Part shown: positions 57,969 to 64,000 of the stretch, in pieces
Position numbering within the stretch: the stretch's first letter is position 1
Layout: each line of letters starts with the position of its first letter
Source of the DNA: an uncultured Candidatus Saccharibacteria bacterium
Lineage (GTDB): Bacteria; Patescibacteriota; CAZHWT01
Direction: 5' to 3'
Assembly (NCBI GenBank): GCA_964597145.1
Contig: CAZQWH010000002.1
Coordinates: forward strand, 113,232 to 177,231
Length of the DNA stretch: 64,000 nt
Notes under the pieces: generated by a model
What the model was told of the DNA's origin: nothing
The model's input: only the letters and a program-made list of their open reading frames with translations
Database searches by the model: none
Translations under genes and position numbers: made by a program

Positions 57969-58755
57969 GCTGTTAAGCTATTCATTTATGGTCCGGGCCA
58001 TTTTAGCTGGATTAATAATTGCCATAATTATGCCGATTATAGGGAGCTTCTTAGTAGCTAAACGATACTCATTAATCGCCGACAGCTTAGCCCATGTTAG
58101 CCTGGCTGGAGTTGGAGCCGGGTTATTGTTAGGAACTACTCCCGTTATAGCTGCCATTCCCATAACCGCGATCGGAGCAGTCTTATTAGAGTGGTTACGT
58201 CAAAAACGGCGAATCAGCGGAGAGACCAGCCTAGCCATCCTTATGAGTGGTGGATTAGCGCTAGCAGTGGTCTTCGCTGGATTAGCTCACGGAGTGTCCA
58301 TCGACTTTAATAGCTATCTGTTCGGCAGCATCATTACCACGGGCTGGACAGACCTACTCATCTTAGCCATTGCCGCCATATTGTTGCTGATTGTGGTGCT
58401 TGGCAATTACCAGGGCTTGCTCTATGCCTCATTCGATGAAGATGGAGCAAAAATCGCCGGATACAAAGTAGGACTGCTTAGTTATGGTTTAGCGGTTGTA
58501 ACGGCAATCATGGTGGTACTATCGCTACGAATTGTCGGTGGACTATTAATTGGCGCTCTATTAGTTATTCCTATCGTGTCTGCCAGCCAGTTCGCCCGCA
58601 GTTTCCGCCAAACCATTTGGCTTGGCATTTTGTTTTCAATCTTATCTGTTATTTCTGGATTAATTATAGCTTTTTATGCTGGGCTGGCAGCTGGGGGGGC
58701 AATTGTCTTAGCCGCAATTACTATTCTCATTTTATCCATACTCCTAAAAAAGTAA
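57961..58755 (+). CDS. znuB: zinc ABC transporter permease ZnuB
   Basis: Polytopic ABC-3 permease. ATG at 57961 overlapping the znuC stop. Confidence 0.8.
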   Translation: MIELLSYSFMVRAILAGLIIAIIMPIIGSFLVAKRYSLIADSLAHVSLAGVGAGLLLGTTPVIAAIPITAIGAVLLEWLRQKRRISGETSLAILMSGGLALAVVFAGLAHGVSIDFNSYLFGSIITTGWTDLLILAIAAILLLIVVLGNYQGLLYASFDEDGAKIAGYKVGLLSYGLAVVTAIMVVLSLRIVGGLLIGALLVIPIVSASQFARSFRQTIWLGILFSILSVISGLIIAFYAGLAAGGAIVLAAITILILSILLKK

Positions 58756-58881
58756 CCACCACACCACACCAAGTTGTTTATAGCTGCTTGCCTAAATTTT
58801 AACTGATTTGATATACTAAACTGCGTTTGTGTTGTCTGACGGTCAGATGTAAAACACATACAACAAAGGAGTTGAGTCCAA

Positions 58882-59115
58882 GTGGTAGACCGTGAATTAA
58901 TTGGCGCGCATCGCCTTATCCCGGGTAATGGGGCACCGCAGGTCAGGCAGGTGGTTAGCCAGCCCATCCTTGGTGGAGCCGGTTACCTCAGCACCTCTCG
59001 AGTTCGTTTCAACGAACACCAATTCACCTCTCCCGCCACCAGCAAGAGCTCTGGCCAAAGCCTCTGGGGCCGGATCAACGAATTGACTTCACGGGTTCGC
59101 TCCAAGAGAGCATAA
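58882..59115 (+). CDS. hypothetical protein in GC-rich patch (coding status uncertain)
   Basis: AAAGGAG then GTG start. Overlapping ORFs in other frames on both strands. Followed by hairpin GGCGGAGCG...CGCTCCGCC at about 59150..59183. Confidence 0.25.
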   Translation: MVDRELIGAHRLIPGNGAPQVRQVVSQPILGGAGYLSTSRVRFNEHQFTSPATSKSSGQSLWGRINELTSRVRSKRA

Positions 59116-59262
59116 CCATAACCGCTTGTATAGAGGTAAAGAGAGGCACTTTGTGGGCGGAGCGCCGTGTGTATTCACACGCTCCGCCTTAATAGTTTCT
59201 ATATACATTCCCTGACTCGCAATTTACAGACTTAAATGACGGCAGGGAAGAGGAGTGAGGGC

Positions 59263-60267
59263 TCAGCTAGCATCCTCTGGTTCATCAGCTGAGGGCTGAC
59301 TATCATCAGATTCGAGGTTACCGCTATGGAACTTGGAATGGACATTTTTGAGCTGGGCATTTGTAACATGGGTATAAATTTGTGTCGTAGCAATATTGGA
59401 GTGGCCCAGCATTTCTTGAACACTTCGTAAATCGGCTCCATTAATGAGCAAATCGGTGGCAAAAGAGTGGCGAAGGGTATGGGGGGTGGCCTTAACGGTT
59501 AATCCAGTTAACTTAACATACTTTTCAACCAAACGCTCAATTGAGCGGGGAGTGAGACGTTGGTCTTCCCCATCCTTATCTTTAATATCGTGCTTTTTAC
59601 CTTTATACCTAATAAATAGCGGGACATATCGATCTTTGCGCATCCGCTGATACCGGGCCAACCACTGACAAGCTGACTCAGTCAGGAATACCACCCTAGC
59701 CTTTCTCCCCTTACCTATAATCCCAAATTCTCGCTTCTCCAGATTAATCTGATCACGGTTGAGCCCGGCCAACTCAGCCACTCGCAACCCGGTAGAAAAT
59801 AAGGTTTCTAAAATCGCCCTATCTCTCAGTCCTTCGATCGTAGTCGTGTCTGGCGCTTCCAGTAACTGCTGGAGCTGAGCTTCATCCATGTATTTAAGGG
59901 TGCGATCTTCTTGCTTTCCCAGTTCCACCTGGTCAGGAGGTAAGGTATCATACCCCTTCTTAACTAAATAACGCAGGAAAGCCCGCAAGGCTACCATAAA
60001 ATAGTTCTGCGTCGATTTCTTTAACGGGAACTTGGTTGACTCTGATACATACCGAGCTAAATGCAATCGGTATTGCTTTACCATGTCATAAGATAACTGG
60101 CTGGGCTCGATTAAACCATGTTTATCTTGCAACCATCGAACAAAGTGTTGCAAATAATAATCATACATCCGGACAGTCAACGGCGAAAAGTTTTTTTCTA
60201 ATTCACCATACTCAATAAAATCCGACACAAGTTCGGGTAATGGCTTCATGCATTCATTATAGCTCAA
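59263..60267 (-). CDS. tyrosine site-specific recombinase (XerC/XerD-like)
   Basis: C-terminal catalytic region HTLRHSFATDLLINGADLRSVQEMLGHSNIATTQIYTHV and an N-terminal SAM-like core-binding domain. Confidence 0.85.
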   Translation of the reverse strand: MSYNECMKPLPELVSDFIEYGELEKNFSPLTVRMYDYYLQHFVRWLQDKHGLIEPSQLSYDMVKQYRLHLARYVSESTKFPLKKSTQNYFMVALRAFLRYLVKKGYDTLPPDQVELGKQEDRTLKYMDEAQLQQLLEAPDTTTIEGLRDRAILETLFSTGLRVAELAGLNRDQINLEKREFGIIGKGRKARVVFLTESACQWLARYQRMRKDRYVPLFIRYKGKKHDIKDKDGEDQRLTPRSIERLVEKYVKLTGLTVKATPHTLRHSFATDLLINGADLRSVQEMLGHSNIATTQIYTHVTNAQLKNVHSKFHSGNLESDDSQPSADEPEDAS

Positions 60268-60704
60268 AAACTAAGCAGCTGTAGGATTTTGGCCAATGCG
60301 TCTTTCAATCTAAACCTAAAAGAGGTAATCTAGGTCATTTAAAATCAAATAATCGCTTTTAGGGGCCCTGCAGGGCTTCGCTAGTTATTTTTACTGCTAC
60401 AAAAGGGAATATTCGATTTTATACCCCTCTTTCTCGCCTAGTTTAAGGCGGTAGGGGGTAGGGCTAGATAGATTAAGCATATTATCTGAAGAAGTTCACT
60501 AAATTTTAGCCAATTTAAACTGGCTATCTCAGCCTAAGCCAGTTTGAGGGGAGAGGTGAAATAAATTCAAGCACAATCAACCAAAACGGGAATAATAAAA
60601 TGAGAGGACATGATAAACCTAGATTTTAACAAATTTTTTGAAATTTTTTACACATGTTTAAACCAGATGTAGATGGCAGGAGAGAGGTTGGCCTGAATAT
60701 ATAA

Positions 60705-60732
60705 GACGTCGTAAATTGTATATTAGACGACG
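60705..60732. other. dif-like 28-bp site ACGTCGTAAAT-TGTATA-TTAGACGACGT (11-6-11)
   Basis: Imperfectly inverted 11-bp arms around a TGTATA central hexamer identical to the E. coli dif core. Lies 440 bp from the Xer recombinase gene. Confidence 0.35.
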
Positions 60733-61448
60733 TTGGAGAGTAAGTCAGGCGCCTCTCTCAACCGTTAATCACCAGCAAAGAGAGAGGCGTTAGAACCAAT
60801 GAATGTACAGTTTTCCTGCGTAAGCGTGGGTAGTACATTGTCTGTTTTGAACTTAAATAACTCAAAAATTTGCCAGTTTGATTAAAAACCTGCCACCCTC
60901 GGGCTCAGCCATTATTTCGCACTCTTTGTCCACCTTATCCCAGATAGCAGCTAATGATAGCCAATTATAGTTAGCAGTCTAGTTGGCTATGCGTTAATCT
61001 TGCCTAATTTTCACCTAAATTCGATTATTTTTCCTTTCATTTTAGCTATAGCTAAAATGAGTATCGAAATTTTTTGAAATTTTAGCGAATTTTTTACCCG
61101 GGTCCAAGCCCACTTCTACCCCAGGGAAGACCTGGTTGCCGTCTTTTAGCTCACCCTCATAGGAGTTATCCACAGCTCGCTTCAAAAACTATATCATTCT
61201 GTATCAAAATAACTACCCTATAGTTTCCATGAAGACTTTCCATTAACCTATAGTATTTTAAATAATGTTATCAATCTCCTACTTTCACCGCTAGTTCTCC
61301 TCTGCTCCTCACCCCTATCATTTCTCCTCTTTCATAGCTATCCCAGTAGATTAAGGCTATTTAAAACGCAACTACCACAACTTTATCGACATACCAGCCC
61401 AACCTGGTCAAATTGAACCATCTATAAATATATATACTTACTATAGGC

Positions 61449-62246
61449 TTACCACTGGGATAGCAGTAGAAAGAACAAAGCCACTACCCCACCCAGCAAT
61501 AGATACTGTCGTTTCACCGCCTGGTTTAATTGCCGCTTTTGCTGCAAATGGAAAATACCTAATATCAAAAAAAGTACCACCGACAAAACTAAACTCGATA
61601 AAAACGAGCTAGGCCAAAACGATACCACAAGCGCCAGCTGCATCAATAACAACGCGCTCAAAACAGACCAGGCTAAACTGCGCTGAAAGCGCAGTTTAGG
61701 GCTTAAACTAACCCAAACTAAAGGCCAACTAATTAACAAGGTGCTCCCCCCTACTGACAAAACCCAATTAAGTAACGATGGTTGGTTGATTAAGGTTAAA
61801 TGGTATAAACCAAAGCTGCCCGCTAAACCCGTCATAGACAAAACGGTACTGGCCGGGCGCGCCAACGGTATCGTTCGGACTGTCGATACATTAATAATAT
61901 TTAAGGTCAGCATAAGGCCATACATACTCAGACCAAATCCAACTGCCGCGACCAAGCTAACACCTATGGTGCTTAGAGTGGTGCTAGCCCAGGCATAAAA
62001 TATAACCGTCGCTAGTACACAGTATAAGGGCAACACGATCCACTCTTCCCGACGCAGGTCGCGATCAAGGCCAAGTATAGCAGCAATGTAAGCAGCACCA
62101 GCCAACACTATTACTCCCCAGTAAAACAATGCTGTCGGCAATTGTAAAGCCAAAAACAGTAGCCCAGTCAGGCCACTAGCCAAATAAACTATTTTAAGCC
62201 GTTTACTAAATAGTGGATATCGATTTGCTTCCATAATCAAAGGCAA
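61449..62246 (-). CDS. hypothetical polytopic membrane protein
   Basis: About 8 hydrophobic helices. Co-directional with the yebC-family gene. Confidence 0.55.
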   Translation of the reverse strand: MPLIMEANRYPLFSKRLKIVYLASGLTGLLFLALQLPTALFYWGVIVLAGAAYIAAILGLDRDLRREEWIVLPLYCVLATVIFYAWASTTLSTIGVSLVAAVGFGLSMYGLMLTLNIINVSTVRTIPLARPASTVLSMTGLAGSFGLYHLTLINQPSLLNWVLSVGGSTLLISWPLVWVSLSPKLRFQRSLAWSVLSALLLMQLALVVSFWPSSFLSSLVLSVVLFLILGIFHLQQKRQLNQAVKRQYLLLGGVVALFFLLLSQW

Positions 62247-62258
62247 GTTTGCCGTAGT

Positions 62259-62969
62259 CTAGAGTATCGCGTTAGTGGAAACTCGGTTAATATCATCATG
62301 TTCATCTAGTAGCTCAAGCAAGCTAACTAATTTCTGCCGCAGTTCACCATCAACCTCCAATTGGTTGGTTGGTATGGGCTGAATATCAACTTCTGTTTCA
62401 CCATAAATAGCAAGCGCTTGGTTTACCTGGCTTAAAGCATCAATAGCACTAAAAACAACCAGTGTATCATTATCCTGGTCAATATCAGTAGCTCCAGCCT
62501 CAATCGCAGCAAGCGAAATCTCTTCAACGTCTTGACCACGTAATGGCAACTGGATAACAGCTTGGGACTTAAACATCCAAGCTACCGAGCCAGCATCACC
62601 CATGGTACCACCATGTTTATTAAGCAAGCTGCGTACTTCAGCAATCGTACGGTTTCTATTATCAGTCAGGACCTCCATCAAAATCGCTGCCCCACCTGGT
62701 CCATATCCTTCATACAGTACTTCATCAATGGTCTCAGCGGTAGTACTAGACGCCCGATCTATGGCCCGGCCTATATTATCTTTAGGCATGTTAGCTGCCC
62801 GGGCAGCATCGATAGCAATCTTTAAGCGAGGGTTTCCGGCTGGATCGGGCCCACCTGTTTTGGCCGCGACCGTAATCGCCTTAGAGAGTTTAGTAAACTG
62901 CTGGCCACGTTTAGCATCTGCTGCTCCCTTCGCCCGCTTAATTGTTGACCATTTACTATGACCTGACAT
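62259..62969 (-). CDS. YebC/PmpR family DNA-binding transcriptional regulator
   Basis: MSGHSKWSTIKRAKGAADAKRG N-terminus diagnostic of YebC. Confidence 0.9.
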   Translation of the reverse strand: MSGHSKWSTIKRAKGAADAKRGQQFTKLSKAITVAAKTGGPDPAGNPRLKIAIDAARAANMPKDNIGRAIDRASSTTAETIDEVLYEGYGPGGAAILMEVLTDNRNRTIAEVRSLLNKHGGTMGDAGSVAWMFKSQAVIQLPLRGQDVEEISLAAIEAGATDIDQDNDTLVVFSAIDALSQVNQALAIYGETEVDIQPIPTNQLEVDGELRQKLVSLLELLDEHDDINRVSTNAIL

Positions 62970-63260
62970 AATTTGTTACCCTTCGTAAGCTATAGGTGTT
63001 CTACCAATACCGCTATCAGAACCAAGGCTACACAAAATAGCTCAATTAAATATGTGGTAATGTTGACATCAAATACAGCGGCCCTTATTATAGCAAAGAT
63101 TAAATATGGCTACTACTTATACACGCAATGAGCAGAGGCAATTTCAACCCCATTTTCATAGTTTTTCCACACTTGCCCAAATAGTGGCTACTAGGTATAA
63201 TCGCGCCGTTGCCCTATCAATGTACAAGGCTAAAAGCCAGGCAACCGCATAAGGAGTATG

Positions 63261-64000
63261 AATGAAAACAGTTTTAGAACTTGAAGATTTAGCCAGTAAA
63301 GCCATCAAAGCTGCGCTCAACCAACAATGGCAGCAAGCAGCAGAGATTAACCAAGAAATTCTAGCCGAAATCCCCGATAGCATCGAGTCCAACAATCGTC
63401 TCGCTCGAGCCTATCAAGAGATGGGCCAAATTGAAAATGCCCGCGGAGCATACCAGCGAGTTTTGGAATTAGACCCATACAATACGATTGCTCAAAAAAA
63501 CGTATCTAAGTTAGAGCAAGGCTCCAGCTCGGGATCATCTACTATTGTCAACAAAGAGCTCTTCCTGGAGGAACCAGGAAAAACTCGCAGCGTATCAATC
63601 CACAAGCCCAATCAAAAAAAATTAACCGCCCATTCCTCGGGCGAAGAACTTAGTCTTAAACCCAAAAAGGATATGCTGTCCCTAGTCGCCGCCAACGGCG
63701 ATGTAGTAGGATATGTCGATTCGGTCTTATCTAGCCACCTCATTAAGCTCATCCAACTGGGCAACGAGTACACAGCTTACCTGCTCAATACTTCCGACAA
63801 CCCTCAAGCATTTTTACGTGAGACCAAACAGTCGGCTGCCGGATCAAAGTTTATTTCATTTGCCCGCACCTCACCTATCAGTGGCAATCTAAGTACACCA
63901 AAATCGCTGCGCAAAGTCGACGAAGACTTAGCTCAAGAAGGCAGTCTATCCGATGAGGACTTGGATAATTGGGACGCAGACGACAGCTCAGAAGCCTCAA
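63261..64000 (+). CDS. TPR-repeat-containing hypothetical protein (3' end beyond window)
   Basis: Not in the ORF track because it runs off the window edge. AAGGAG RBS 5 nt upstream. TTGCCC-17-TATAAT promoter at about 63187-63215. The frame stays open through 64000. TPR-like AYQEMGQIENARGAYQRVLELDPYN. Confidence 0.6.

Noticed and set aside
58901-58967. SRP RNA, tmRNA and RNase P RNA candidates in the GC-rich segment after znuB
   Set aside because: Hand comparison to conserved cores (SRP domain IV AGGUCAGGUCCGGAAGGAAGCAGCC, the tmRNA T-arm and ACCA end, RNase P P4 strands) gave only a partial CAGGUCAGG match. That is not enough for a call without a covariance-model scan.
63156-63395. 79-aa minus-strand ORF overlapping the start of the TPR gene
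   Set aside because: It is antisense to a plus-strand ORF that has a strong RBS, a consensus promoter and an open frame to the window end.

Overview
This 64-kb window looks like chromosome from a reduced-genome Patescibacteria/CPR-type bacterium, most plausibly Saccharibacteria/TM7-like. That placement is inferred from gene content and has not been checked by any search. Most of the window is housekeeping genes.

- Translation: thrS-infC-rpmI-rplT-pheS-pheT, tyrS, rpmF, rpsP, rsmD, nusB, rnc, a KH-domain protein.
- Replication and repair: gyrB-gyrA, recG, a delta-prime-like holB, rnhB, an alkA-like glycosylase, a Xer-type recombinase.
- Cell wall: two class A penicillin-binding proteins, an N-terminally short MurF-like ligase, a ManC-like nucleotidyltransferase.
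- Metal homeostasis: a zur-znuACB zinc locus.
- A complete secretin-less type IV pilus locus of about 14 kb on the minus strand: pilB, pilT, pilC, pilA, pilD, four pilin-like genes, a large secreted CBM-like putative adhesin, pilM, pilN, pilO.

No rRNA, tRNA or CRISPR array was recognised.

The unusual content is mostly non-coding or small-gene:
- A modular family of nested-palindrome intergenic repeats. It includes an identical 24-nt twin-palindrome (ACGTATATACGG ACGTATATACGT) at two loci, one of them right upstream of an orphan AbrB/MazE-like gene.
- An identical 15-mer hairpin element upstream of both thrS and pheT.
- A 42-bp perfect palindrome between gyrA and a Clp/Hsp100 ATPase that carries an N-terminal polytopic membrane domain.
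- Several short GC-rich patches encoding small basic or cysteine-rich proteins and a divergent standalone ClpP-fold protein.
- A consensus sigma70 promoter and terminator pair bracketing a roughly 150-nt unit that is either an sRNA or a leaderless micro-protein.
- Recurrent leaderless-mRNA architecture (recG, znuA and others).
- A 1.2-kb ORF-free AT-rich region next to the Xer recombinase gene that contains a 28-bp dif-like 11-6-11 site with a TGTATA core.
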